From Eubacterium sp. (GTDB lineage Bacteria; Bacillota; Clostridia; Oscillospirales; Ruminococcaceae): a stretch of DNA of 64,000 nt. Position 1 is the stretch's first letter; each line of letters begins with the position of its first letter. The notes under the pieces are model-generated. The model was not told the origin of the DNA, ran no database searches, and was given only the letters and a program-made list of their open reading frames with translations. The position numbers and the translations under genes are program-made. The stretch covers positions 6,620-70,619 of the forward strand of contig JAFLRX010000008.1 in the NCBI GenBank assembly GCA_022511265.1. Reading direction: 5' to 3'. Positions 39,908 to 49,711 of the stretch are shown in pieces.

Positions 39908-41467
39908 ATGATCTACAAAATGAAGCTTTCTAAGAAAGTGCTTTGCTGCATGCTTGCAGGTGCTATGGCAGTATCTATGGCGACCGCATGCTCTAACAGC
40001 ACAGGCACCTCCTCTACCGGAGGCAACACCAGCTCCGGCGGTACAACAGACAACAGCAATTCCGGAACTAACAACGAAAATTCTACCGACAACAGTGAGG
40101 GCGGCAACAACGAAGGCGGCAACGGCGGCGGAACGGTTGAAATACCCTCCAACGGCTCGGTACTTCAGTGGTGCGGATATTATGACCTTAACACTCAGGA
40201 TAAGGAACTGGTTGAGAGATTCAACGATGCCGGATATACGATAGAGTATATCGCGACCACCTCGTCCGAGTATTTTGTAAAGCAGTCTCAGCTTATCTCC
40301 TCAGGCGACGCACCCGATATGGTAAGCTATGAGTGGAAGTGCTATCCTCACGGAATACAGCAGAACCTGTACACCCCTCTGGATGACTACATCGACCTTG
40401 ACAGCGCTCTGTGGAGCGGCATCAAGACCTACGCCGACGATTACACCTATGCGGGCAAGCATTATTATATTCCCTATCAGCTGCGCTCCGGCGTTGTACT
40501 TATCTACAATGCCACCGCATTAGAGAACGAGGGTATACTCACCGACCCGTGGGATCTTTACCAGCAGGGCGAATGGACCTGGGACACCTGGAAGCAGCTT
40601 ATGGTAGAGTGGTGCAACCTCGGTGAAGATTACTACGGCGTTATGCCTACCGGCTTTGTGGCTATGCCTTTCATCGTTTCCACCGGCACAAAGATGATAG
40701 ACGTTCAGGACAATGATATAATCAACAATATGCAGGACGCTAACGTCCAGAGATGTCAGGACTTTTTACAGGATCTCGCAAGACAGGGTATGGTTAAGGA
40801 GAAATATGATGGACCTGAGGCTGCTCTGCTGGACGGCAAGACGCTGTTTACCGAGTTCGGTCTTGACTGGGGTTATTCCTCCACTCAGGGTGCAATGAAG
40901 GATCAGAGCATAAGATTTGTTCCGATACCCAGAGACGGAGCTGCCGATGAATATTACATGAACACCGATACCTTTGGCTATCTCGTTCCCGCAGGCGCTA
41001 AGAACGTCGCTGCTGCTTTGAAGTATATGGAGATCTGCCGTGAAAACGAGATAGACCCCGAAAGACTTGAATACGCTAAGAAAGAGGCTACCGCTGAGAC
41101 CCTTTACTATCCTAAATGTCAGGAATGCGGCGAGTCTTATGCAGACAAAACTGTCAAGGATTGTCCGAACTGCGGCGCAGAGCGCAGAGTAAACTCTACC
41201 CACGTAGCTATGCCTGAAGAGCTTTACGACCTGTCTATAGAGCTGAAGAACCCCGAGAGCGATCAGTTTGTATTCCTGTTCGACAACTGCTTCGGCTTTA
41301 ATGACGATATGACTACAGTAATGCAGACCGGCAACGCCGACGGCGAAGAGGCTGTCCTCGGCGGACCCTTCCTGCACGGTGACTCTTACACCACCATCCG
41401 CGATAAGTATTTCGGCGCGGTTGAAGGATATCTCAATCCTTACAGAGAGGCACTTAAAAATTCTTAA
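39908..41467 (+). CDS. orphan carbohydrate-type extracellular solute-binding lipoprotein with inserted Zn-ribbon
   Basis: Lipobox ATAC, G/S/N linker, SSGDAPDMV, YTPLDDYID, GKHYYIP, YNATAL, WTWDTW; CQEC-x11-CPNC insertion. Confidence 0.8.
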   Translation: MIYKMKLSKKVLCCMLAGAMAVSMATACSNSTGTSSTGGNTSSGGTTDNSNSGTNNENSTDNSEGGNNEGGNGGGTVEIPSNGSVLQWCGYYDLNTQDKELVERFNDAGYTIEYIATTSSEYFVKQSQLISSGDAPDMVSYEWKCYPHGIQQNLYTPLDDYIDLDSALWSGIKTYADDYTYAGKHYYIPYQLRSGVVLIYNATALENEGILTDPWDLYQQGEWTWDTWKQLMVEWCNLGEDYYGVMPTGFVAMPFIVSTGTKMIDVQDNDIINNMQDANVQRCQDFLQDLARQGMVKEKYDGPEAALLDGKTLFTEFGLDWGYSSTQGAMKDQSIRFVPIPRDGAADEYYMNTDTFGYLVPAGAKNVAAALKYMEICRENEIDPERLEYAKKEATAETLYYPKCQECGESYADKTVKDCPNCGAERRVNSTHVAMPEELYDLSIELKNPESDQFVFLFDNCFGFNDDMTTVMQTGNADGEEAVLGGPFLHGDSYTTIRDKYFGAVEGYLNPYREALKNS

Positions 41468-41508
41468 TTCAATAACTTCTATCCCCGGGAATTTTCCCGG
41501 GGATATTT

Positions 41509-42618
41509 TTATGCAGTATGCTCCGCCAGCTTTGCCTTTAAGGCTTCATACCGCTCGTTGCCGGACAGCAGGGTGGTGAATTCTTCATTGCTTATCAGCT
41601 CGCTGAGATAATCATAGCAGGTCCTCTCGCTGTGCTTGGTGGTGTTGCTTACATAGTCATGCACATCGTCCAGCCACGGCACTGAGAAATCGCCCACCTC
41701 GGCGCGCTCTTCAAACTCATGCGCATAGCCGTATGCCTTTTCCAGTGCGTCCAGTGTGTTTTCCACATCGCCCCGCCACTTATATATCTCCGCCTGCCCT
41801 GCGGCGAGATAATAAAGCCGCTCGGCGTAAAAACCGCGGTATTCTCCCAGTATGGTGCATATCAGCTTTTCCCGCATAAGCTGCAGCTGCAACAGCTGCT
41901 CGTCACCCTTTACGCTGATACAGCCCAGCGTGAGATTAAGCGTGTCCATCAGCACCAGCGCGCTGTCCTGAAAGGCCTTGCGTGCTTCCTTCTTAGGTAA
42001 CGCGCGGGGATATAACAGTTCGTATGAAACCCATACATCCGGCAAAGTGCCTGCTATCTCCTTTGCCTGCTCATGCTCGCCGAGGATAGCAAGGTTGTAC
42101 ACCATCAGCTGCTTGCAGCCGTAGTCAACGTTGCTCTTGTCACTGTATTTCAGCGCACGTCTGCATACCTCCACCACCTCGCGGGCATAATTCTTATTTT
42201 CCTCATCGCTGAAGGAATTGTCGCCCTGCCAGTACCAGCTGTACAACACCGCCGCCAGGTCGTACAGCAGTTCGGCGCTGTTGGGGTGTTCTTTCACCTT
42301 TTCACGCAGCATGGTCAGCGCCTCGCCTGTCTTGCCCTCATGCTTCAGCGCGTTGCTGTCCTCCAGTATCTTTTTTATCTCCGCTTCTCTGCGCTCGTTA
42401 TCGGTGCCGAGCAGCCTGTCAACGGTGATGTCGAAGATGTCCGCGATGACAGGCAGCATTGCGATGTCGGGGTACGCGCTTTCATTTTCCCAGCGGCTGA
42501 CCGCCTGCGGGGATACCCCCAGCGACTCGGCAAGCTGTTCCTGCGTGATATGCTGCTTTGTGCGCAGGTTTTTTATATTTTCACCTATTGTAATTTTCAC
42601 ATTATCGCCTTCTTTCAT
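41509..42618 (-). CDS. XRE-family HTH regulator with helical (TPR-like) C-terminus
   Basis: IGENIKNLR, ITQEQLAESLGVSPQAVSRWE, PDIAML, TVDRLLG; alternative GTG start at 42600. Confidence 0.88.
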   Translation of the reverse strand: MKEGDNVKITIGENIKNLRTKQHITQEQLAESLGVSPQAVSRWENESAYPDIAMLPVIADIFDITVDRLLGTDNERREAEIKKILEDSNALKHEGKTGEALTMLREKVKEHPNSAELLYDLAAVLYSWYWQGDNSFSDEENKNYAREVVEVCRRALKYSDKSNVDYGCKQLMVYNLAILGEHEQAKEIAGTLPDVWVSYELLYPRALPKKEARKAFQDSALVLMDTLNLTLGCISVKGDEQLLQLQLMREKLICTILGEYRGFYAERLYYLAAGQAEIYKWRGDVENTLDALEKAYGYAHEFEERAEVGDFSVPWLDDVHDYVSNTTKHSERTCYDYLSELISNEEFTTLLSGNERYEALKAKLAEHTA

Positions 42619-42786
42619 AATTTTCTGTAAGCTTACAAGTATATTTTAACATCCTTTTACCGTTAAATCAACGCCTTATTTGTTGAGAAGAATACAACTA
42701 CTGCGTGAGTTTTTCCCGAAAGGATTGATTTTACAGCGGGGATATAGTATAATTGAAAAAGATATAAAAACAAAAGAAGGATCATT

Positions 42787-43710
42787 ATGAATATAGCAGT
42801 CATACAGCAGGTCGCGGTGATGGCGATACTGGTAGCCGTCGGCTATGCCTGCCGCAAGGGCGGTATGCTGGACGACAACAGCACCAAAAAGCTGTCCGCC
42901 CTGCTTTTAAATATCGTAATACCCATAGTCATACTGGTGTCATATCAAAAGCCGTTTGACACAGATATGCTGGGCGGGCTGCTGCTGTCCTTTGCGCTGG
43001 CGGGGATAAGCATAGTTTCATCCGTGCTGCTTATCCCGTTGATATTCCGCGACAAGGCAAAAGACGGCACCGTTAACGAGCGGCTGGCGGCGGTGTACTC
43101 TAACTGCGCGTTTATGGGCATACCGCTGATACAAGGCATCTTCGGCAGCGACGGGGTATTTTACCTCACCGCCTATATTACGCTGTTCAACGCGATACTG
43201 TTCACCCACGGGGCCATCGTATTCAGCGGGGAGAAATTCACACTGAAAAAGCTGGGCAAGGCACTGCTGCACCCCAGCGTGATAGCGATAGCGGCAGGTC
43301 TTATCCTGTTCCTGCTCGGTATATCGCTGCCGGGCGTACTGCTGGACACCTGTCAGCATATCGCCAACCTAAACACCCCGCTCGCTATGATAGTCGCAGG
43401 CTCGACCATCGCGACGGTGCGGCTGAGAGACACGGTGAAAAAGCCACGGCTGTACGCAGTCTGCGCGATAAAGCTTATCGCCGTGCCCGCGCTGCTGATG
43501 GCGTTGTGCTATGTCTGCGGCTTTGACCGACTGATAAGCGGCGTCAACGTTATCGCAGCCGCCTGCCCTACCGCGGCTGCCTGCACGATGTTCGCGATAA
43601 AATACAACAAAAATCCCGGCTACAGCTCAGAGCTGTTCGCCGCGACAACCATACTGTCCTGCCTTACGCTGCCGCTGGTGCTGACGGTGTTTGAGGCAAT
43701 AATAAAATAA
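42787..43710 (+). CDS. AEC (auxin efflux carrier) family transporter
   Basis: VGYACRKGG, SNCAFMGIPL, NLNTPLAMIVAG, ACPTAAA. Confidence 0.9.
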   Translation: MNIAVIQQVAVMAILVAVGYACRKGGMLDDNSTKKLSALLLNIVIPIVILVSYQKPFDTDMLGGLLLSFALAGISIVSSVLLIPLIFRDKAKDGTVNERLAAVYSNCAFMGIPLIQGIFGSDGVFYLTAYITLFNAILFTHGAIVFSGEKFTLKKLGKALLHPSVIAIAAGLILFLLGISLPGVLLDTCQHIANLNTPLAMIVAGSTIATVRLRDTVKKPRLYAVCAIKLIAVPALLMALCYVCGFDRLISGVNVIAAACPTAAACTMFAIKYNKNPGYSSELFAATTILSCLTLPLVLTVFEAIIK

Positions 43711-43722
43711 AGGAGCGTTACC

Positions 43723-44718
43723 ATGTACATTGCAGACGAAAAAAGATACGACGGCATGAAGTTCAACCGCTGCGGGAAAAGCGGGCTGCGGCTGCCCGCC
43801 GTCTCGCTGGGACTGTGGCAGAATTTCGGCTATAAGGACGATTTCGAGACGATGGAGGAGATGTGCCGCACGGCGTTCGACCTAGGTATAACCCATTTCG
43901 ATATCGCCAACAACTACGGACATCCGCACAACGGCGCGGCGGAGGAAAACTTCTGTCGGATATTACAGCGCGGACTGGGCGAATACCGCGACCAACTGAT
44001 AATCTCCACCAAGGCAGGCTATGAGATGTGGGACGGACCGTACGGCGACCGCAACGGCAGCCGCAAATATCTCACCGCCTCGCTGGACCAAAGCCTGAAG
44101 CGGCTGGGGCTGGACTATGTAGATATTTATTATCACCATATATTTGACCCTGACACCCCGCTTGAGGAGACCGCGCTGGCACTGGACAACGCGGTAAGAC
44201 AAGGCAAGGCGCTGTATGTCGGGATATCCAACTACAACTCCGCGCAGACCGCCGAGATAATGTCAATATTCAAAGAGCTGAAAACCCCGTTTGTGGTAAA
44301 TCAGCCGTCATATTCCATGTTAAACCGCTGGATAGAAGATGACGGACTGGACAGGCTGGCGGAAGACAGCGGCTTTGGGTTGGCGGTGTTCTCGCCGCTG
44401 TATCAGGGACTGCTGACCGACAGGTATCTGAAAGGTATACCCGACGGCTCACGCATAGCAAAGGGCAGGACATGGATAGGCAGCAAGCTGAATGACGAGC
44501 TGGTAGTAAAGCTGAACAAGCTGAACGATATCGCCGCCGCGCGCGGACAGTCTCTCGCGCAGATGGCGCTGGCGTGGGTACTGCATAATCCCGCCGTCAC
44601 CACCGTGATAATAGGCGCAAGCCGCCCGCAGCAGATAATAGACAACGTCGCCGCCGCAAACAGCACGGATTTCACCGATGAAGAAATAAATAAAATAGAA
44701 GAAATTTTACGGGACTGA
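43723..44718 (+). CDS. aldo/keto reductase, MgrA/YghZ-like
   Basis: SLGLWQNFG, GITHFDIANNYG, IISTKAGY, SLKRLGLDYVDIYYHH, FSPLYQGLL, IIGASRPQQI. Confidence 0.92.
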   Translation: MYIADEKRYDGMKFNRCGKSGLRLPAVSLGLWQNFGYKDDFETMEEMCRTAFDLGITHFDIANNYGHPHNGAAEENFCRILQRGLGEYRDQLIISTKAGYEMWDGPYGDRNGSRKYLTASLDQSLKRLGLDYVDIYYHHIFDPDTPLEETALALDNAVRQGKALYVGISNYNSAQTAEIMSIFKELKTPFVVNQPSYSMLNRWIEDDGLDRLAEDSGFGLAVFSPLYQGLLTDRYLKGIPDGSRIAKGRTWIGSKLNDELVVKLNKLNDIAAARGQSLAQMALAWVLHNPAVTTVIIGASRPQQIIDNVAAANSTDFTDEEINKIEEILRD

Positions 44719-44820
44719 ACAGATAAAATATTGACATTGTGATAAATATGTGATATATTTTAACTGTAAACTATTTACATGCCGATTTTCGGCAATTAAT
44801 TTGAGAGGAGATACAACTCT

Positions 44821-45597
44821 ATGTTTTGTACAAATTGCGGCGCGCAGATAGAAGGCAGCGCACCGATAAAGAATTGTCCCTACTGCAACAGCGAGATAGT
44901 AAGGACGCCCCCTCAGGCAGAGGCGCAAGAGCCCGCACCTCAGGCTGCGCCTGTCGAGGCACAGGCACCTCAGGCAGCACCTGTTGAGGCACAGACGCCG
45001 ATACAGCCACAGGCAGAACCTGTTGCGCCTGCCGGCTATGACGCGCCTGTCCAGATACCGGGCAATTTCCAGGCTGACCCGAATTATGTTCCGCCTGTAT
45101 CCAAGCCGATACCTGCAAAGTCAAACCCGCTGCTGGGTATTGTCGGCGCGATACTGTTCGGACTTATCGCGTGCGTTGTCTGGGTACTGATAGGCATGCT
45201 CGGCTATATCACCTACATAGGCGGACTGGTAATGGGCTTCTGTGTTGTTTCCGGTTACAGAGTGCTCGGTAAAAAGTTTGATATTTACGGTATTATTTGC
45301 AGTATAATAGTTATTATTCTTGCGGTACTTGCCAGCAACATATTTATCTACACATGGCAGGTATTCTCCGAGCCCGGTATGGAAGAGGCTTTACAGTTTA
45401 TTGGCTTTAACGGCTTCGGCGATGTATTCTTCCGCTTCTTTGAGTTTGGCGACCGTGTCGATACATTACTCGGACTTACCGGCAGCGACTCGATAATGGG
45501 CGAATTTACGACCAACCTTGTTATTAGTTATGTCTTCTCGGCAATCGGCTATCTCGTTTGCGCGATACCCACCTTTAAGACAAGAAACCAAGCCTAA
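44821..45597 (+). CDS. membrane protein with N-terminal Zn-ribbon and P/A/Q-rich linker
   Basis: MFCTNCG...CPYC, QAAPVEAQ repeats, NPLLGIVGAILFG...GYITYIGG. Confidence 0.75.
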   Translation: MFCTNCGAQIEGSAPIKNCPYCNSEIVRTPPQAEAQEPAPQAAPVEAQAPQAAPVEAQTPIQPQAEPVAPAGYDAPVQIPGNFQADPNYVPPVSKPIPAKSNPLLGIVGAILFGLIACVVWVLIGMLGYITYIGGLVMGFCVVSGYRVLGKKFDIYGIICSIIVIILAVLASNIFIYTWQVFSEPGMEEALQFIGFNGFGDVFFRFFEFGDRVDTLLGLTGSDSIMGEFTTNLVISYVFSAIGYLVCAIPTFKTRNQA

Positions 45598-45635
45598 ACA
45601 AACAAATAAAAACGGGAGCTGTCGCTCCCGTTTTT

Positions 45636-46298
45636 TTATTTGTTTCGGATTTTTTCCAGTACCTCTATCACTTTATCCAGCGACTCGCACACCGTGTATA
45701 CTTTGCCCAGCTGTTCTTTTTCCGGCGGAGTGAGGTCAGGCACCATCACCGTGACGCAGCCCGCGCTGCTCGCAGAGGCAACGCCGTTTGGGCTGTCCTC
45801 TAACGCCATACAATTTTCCGGCGGCAGCCCCAGCTGCTCGCACGCATACAGGTATATGTCGGGGCAAGGCTTGCCGTTGGCTATCATATTGCCACAGATT
45901 ATCTTCTCGAATTTATCGTACACCCCCGCCGGGACAAGATACTCCCGCGCGCGGTCAACGTCGGTGGCGGTCGCCACTGCGGTGCGATATCCGTTTTGAT
46001 TAAGATAATCCAGCAGCTCGTCCAACCCCGCCTTTTTCTCGGTGGGGTGGTCTTTTATGTACGCGTTCATCAGCTCTATGCGGCGGGCGCGTATTTTTTT
46101 ATAGTCGCAGTCCTCGCCGAACCATTCTTTCAGCTTCGGCGCGGCGAACTTCCCCGCAAACGAGCGCAGCGCCAGCGCATGCTCGCGCTCCATGGGATAA
46201 CCCATCTCCCGCGCCGCCTCGCACCAAAAGCGTATTAACAGCTTTTCGGTGTCCAGCATAAGGCCGTCCATATCAAAAATTACCGCCTTGATTTCCAT
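45636..46298 (-). CDS. HAD-superfamily phosphatase (beta-PGM-like)
   Basis: IFDMDGLMLDTE, VATAT, GKPCPDIY, LEDSPNG. Confidence 0.92.
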   Translation of the reverse strand: MEIKAVIFDMDGLMLDTEKLLIRFWCEAAREMGYPMEREHALALRSFAGKFAAPKLKEWFGEDCDYKKIRARRIELMNAYIKDHPTEKKAGLDELLDYLNQNGYRTAVATATDVDRAREYLVPAGVYDKFEKIICGNMIANGKPCPDIYLYACEQLGLPPENCMALEDSPNGVASASSAGCVTVMVPDLTPPEKEQLGKVYTVCESLDKVIEVLEKIRNK

Positions 46299-46306
46299 AT
46301 CTGACC

Positions 46307-48670
46307 TCATATCTTTTTCATCTTAGAAAACTTTGCCGCTACCTTTTTCGTCCCCTGCGTATCGAACGCTATCTCCAGCAGCCAGTCGCCGCCCATCGGC
46401 TTTGCGGACAGCACCGTCCCCTCGCCGAATGCGCTGTGCAGCACACGGTCGCCCTCGCGATAGGTCTCGGTGCTTGCGGCGGTCTTGGGCTTTGCCTGCT
46501 GTTGCTGCTGCAAATATCCGCCCTGCCGCTGTCTCGGCTGATACGACGACTGAGATGTTCCGTATCCGCTGATGCTTGTGGTATTATCGTTGTATTCCAT
46601 ATACTGTGCGGGTATCTCCCGCGCAAAGCGCGACACGTTGTTGCGCATGGTCTGACCGTACAGCATACGCTGCTTTACACAGGTCAGGTGCAGTCTGCGC
46701 TTGGCACGGGTTATAGCGACATACGCCAGTCGGCGTTCTTCCTCTATCTCCATCGCGTCCATCATCGAGCGGTAGCCGGGGAAGATATTTTCCTCCATAC
46801 CTATTACAAACACCGTGTCAAATTCCAAGCCCTTGGCAGAGTGCATGGTCATCAGTACCACCCTGTCCTCGTTTTGCTCATAGCTGTCGAGGTCGGAGAC
46901 AAGAGCGACCTGCTCAAGAAATTCCGACAGCCCGCAGCCCTCGTTTTCCTTGGCGAAGGTTATCATATTTGACTTCAGTTCGTTGATGTTCTCCAGTCTG
47001 ACTTCTCCCTCCAGCCCCTGCGCCTTCAGCGCATCACGATAGCCGAACAGGTCCAGTACCTCGTCAATTATCGCGCCGTCCTCAATGTTATCGGCGGAGG
47101 CGGATAGCTCCATAAACGTCTCGCCCAGCGGCACCAGCACCTTTGCCTTTTTGGCAAGGGTGGGGAGGTTTTCGCTTTCCAGCAGCACATCGACAGGCGA
47201 CATACCCATTCCGCGCGAGATGCGCAGTATCTCCTCCTGCGTCGCCGCGCCTATGCCGCGCAGCGGCTCGTTGACTATACGGGAGAATCTCACCTCGTCA
47301 AAGTTATTGTTCAATACGCTGAGATATGCGACGATATCCTTTATCTCCTTACGCTCGAAGAAGCGCACGCCGCCGATAATGCGATACGGTATACCGCTCT
47401 TTGCCAGCGCGGTCTCGACGGTGCGGGACTGCGCGTTGCTGCGGTACAGCACCACGTTGTCGCAGTAGCGTTTGCCCTCTTTCAGCGAATCCAGTATCTG
47501 CCCAGATATAAACATCGCTTCCTCCTGCTCGGTGGAAAAACGGGACAGCGTTATTTTCTCCCCCTTGCCGAGGTCCGACCACAGCGTCTTTTCCTTGTGC
47601 TGGGTGTTGTTGGATATCACCGCGTTGGCCGCGGACAGTATATTTTCGGTAGAACGGTAGTTCTGCTCCAGCTTTACCACCATCGCGTCAAACTGCTGCT
47701 CGAACGATAATATATTCTCGATAGTCGCCCCGCGGAATCTATAGATACTCTGGTCTTCGTCACCCACAACACACAGGTTGCCGTGTCCGCCCGACAGCAA
47801 TGACACCAGCCTGTACTGCGCCATGTTGGTGTCCTGATACTCATCCACCATTATGTAACGAAAACGGGTCTGCCAACGCTCTAACACCTCGGGGCAGCTT
47901 TCCAGCAGCCGCACCGTTATCATAATAATATCGTCAAAGTCCAGCGCGTTCGCCCCCAGCAGGCGGTCGCGGTATTCGGTATATATATCCTTTGTCATAG
48001 ACAGCAGATAGTCCTCGCCGTTTCTGCCCGCGGCGGAAAACTTTTCGGGGGTTATCAGCTTGTCCTTCGCGTGGGATATCATGGTCTGTACAGCTTTCGG
48101 CGACAGTGTCTTTTCGGACATATTTTTGTCCTTCATGATATTCTTTATCACCCGTAGGCTGTCGTCCGCATCATACACTGTAAAGTTGGACTTATACCCC
48201 ATGCCCGGCGCCTCAATATCGCTGCGCAGTATGCGCACACACGCCGAGTGGAAGGTAGACGCCCATATTCCCTCTACCTCCGCGCCGAGTGCCAGCAGCC
48301 TTTCTTTCAGCTCGCCCGCCGCCTTGTTGGTAAAGGTCACCGCCAGTATCCGCCACGGCATAGCCTTGTCCACCGCGAATATATCCGACAGCCGCGCCGC
48401 CGCGTCCGCGCGGTCGATGGCGCCGTTCAGATAATCCTCGGCGAACTGTATGTCCGATTCCGACAGCTCGCGTTCGGCGGTGTTATTGTACGCGTCGCCG
48501 AACAACAGCAGGTTGGCTATGCGGTTTACCAGTACGGTGGTCTTGCCGCTGCCCGCGCCCGCGATGATAAGCACCGCGCCGTTTACCGCGAAAACTGCCT
48601 GCCGCTGGCGGTCGTTCATGTGGCTGAAATATTTTTCCAGCACCCGTCTTTTTAATGTGGTATAGTCCAT
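46307..48670 (-). CDS. pcrA: ATP-dependent DNA helicase PcrA/UvrD
   Basis: AGAGSGKTTVL, TFTNKAA, VDEYQDTN, VGDEDQSIYRFRGA, LEQNYRST, MHSAKGLEF, EERRLAYVAITRA. Confidence 0.96.
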   Translation of the reverse strand: MDYTTLKRRVLEKYFSHMNDRQRQAVFAVNGAVLIIAGAGSGKTTVLVNRIANLLLFGDAYNNTAERELSESDIQFAEDYLNGAIDRADAAARLSDIFAVDKAMPWRILAVTFTNKAAGELKERLLALGAEVEGIWASTFHSACVRILRSDIEAPGMGYKSNFTVYDADDSLRVIKNIMKDKNMSEKTLSPKAVQTMISHAKDKLITPEKFSAAGRNGEDYLLSMTKDIYTEYRDRLLGANALDFDDIIMITVRLLESCPEVLERWQTRFRYIMVDEYQDTNMAQYRLVSLLSGGHGNLCVVGDEDQSIYRFRGATIENILSFEQQFDAMVVKLEQNYRSTENILSAANAVISNNTQHKEKTLWSDLGKGEKITLSRFSTEQEEAMFISGQILDSLKEGKRYCDNVVLYRSNAQSRTVETALAKSGIPYRIIGGVRFFERKEIKDIVAYLSVLNNNFDEVRFSRIVNEPLRGIGAATQEEILRISRGMGMSPVDVLLESENLPTLAKKAKVLVPLGETFMELSASADNIEDGAIIDEVLDLFGYRDALKAQGLEGEVRLENINELKSNMITFAKENEGCGLSEFLEQVALVSDLDSYEQNEDRVVLMTMHSAKGLEFDTVFVIGMEENIFPGYRSMMDAMEIEEERRLAYVAITRAKRRLHLTCVKQRMLYGQTMRNNVSRFAREIPAQYMEYNDNTTSISGYGTSQSSYQPRQRQGGYLQQQQQAKPKTAASTETYREGDRVLHSAFGEGTVLSAKPMGGDWLLEIAFDTQGTKKVAAKFSKMKKI

Positions 48671-48750
48671 TTGTCTCCCCCATATATCCGCAAAAAACCG
48701 CAGGGGCATAATGCCCCGCGGCTTTAAGATTTTGTAACTGATTATGCGGC

Positions 48751-49683
48751 TTAGTTGCCTGCGGTTGATGTATTGCCGGTATTATTAGGCGTGCCGCTGC
48801 CTGCCGTGCTGGCCGAGCCGTCAAGGTTGACAAACGGGTTTACACCGTCGCCGATTATCTGCGGCAGCTTTCCGTCCCAGTTGGTTATCTTGAGGTAATC
48901 AATATAGCTCGGGCTGTTTGCCAGCTGCTCCTGCACCACCTCGATGGCGTATGCCTGCGCGTCCGCAGCCAGCTTGGTGCTGTCAGCCTCTGCCTGTGCG
49001 GCTATGACCCTCTGCTTTGCCTCTTCTTCCTTTTCCTTGGTCTTGTTCTCCATCTTCAGCGCGTCCTGCTCTGCGATTACCTTGCCCTGTATCGACTCTT
49101 CAAACGCCGAGTCAAAGCTGAGGTTTTCTATAGCGAACGCCGCCACGATAATTCCGCTCGGGGCAAGCGCGTCAGTCAGCGCGTCCTGTATCTTCTGCTG
49201 TACGTCCGCACGGGACTGTACTAAGTCCTCCGCCTTTATCTTGCCTATCTCGTTTTTGGATATCTTAGATACGTTCTGTACCAGCAGCTTGCTTTCAACA
49301 TTCTCGATACCGACTGTTCTGATTATGTCGGACAGCATAGAGGTGTCATAGTAATAGTTCAGCTTCAGCCGCAGCTCTTCAACGTTCTGGGTGTCGCTGG
49401 TGTATGCGTCCTCGGTGGTGCTGTATACCTGCTCGCGGATATCTACCTGACGTATCTCCTCAACAAACGGTATGCACATATTCAGTCCCGGGCTGAGGTT
49501 GTCCTGCGTTATCTTACCGAAGGTGTACTTCACCCCGATAAAGCCCTCGTTTACTATCGTAAAGCTGTTGATAACGACCACCAGTACGATAACCACAACG
49601 AAAATGATCGCCGCGATTATACCCGCTTTTTTACTGCTTACCGGCTTGGGGTTGTTCTCGGTAGAAAATTTAGTCTGTGCCAT
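48751..49683 (-). CDS. SPFH / prohibitin family protein
   Basis: N-terminal TM, GVKYTFGK, PGLNMCIPF, FEESIQGKVIAEQ, WDGKLP. Confidence 0.92.
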   Translation of the reverse strand: MAQTKFSTENNPKPVSSKKAGIIAAIIFVVVIVLVVVINSFTIVNEGFIGVKYTFGKITQDNLSPGLNMCIPFVEEIRQVDIREQVYSTTEDAYTSDTQNVEELRLKLNYYYDTSMLSDIIRTVGIENVESKLLVQNVSKISKNEIGKIKAEDLVQSRADVQQKIQDALTDALAPSGIIVAAFAIENLSFDSAFEESIQGKVIAEQDALKMENKTKEKEEEAKQRVIAAQAEADSTKLAADAQAYAIEVVQEQLANSPSYIDYLKITNWDGKLPQIIGDGVNPFVNLDGSASTAGSGTPNNTGNTSTAGN

Positions 49684-49711
49684 AATTTTTCCTTTCTCCT
49701 GTTAAAATATC

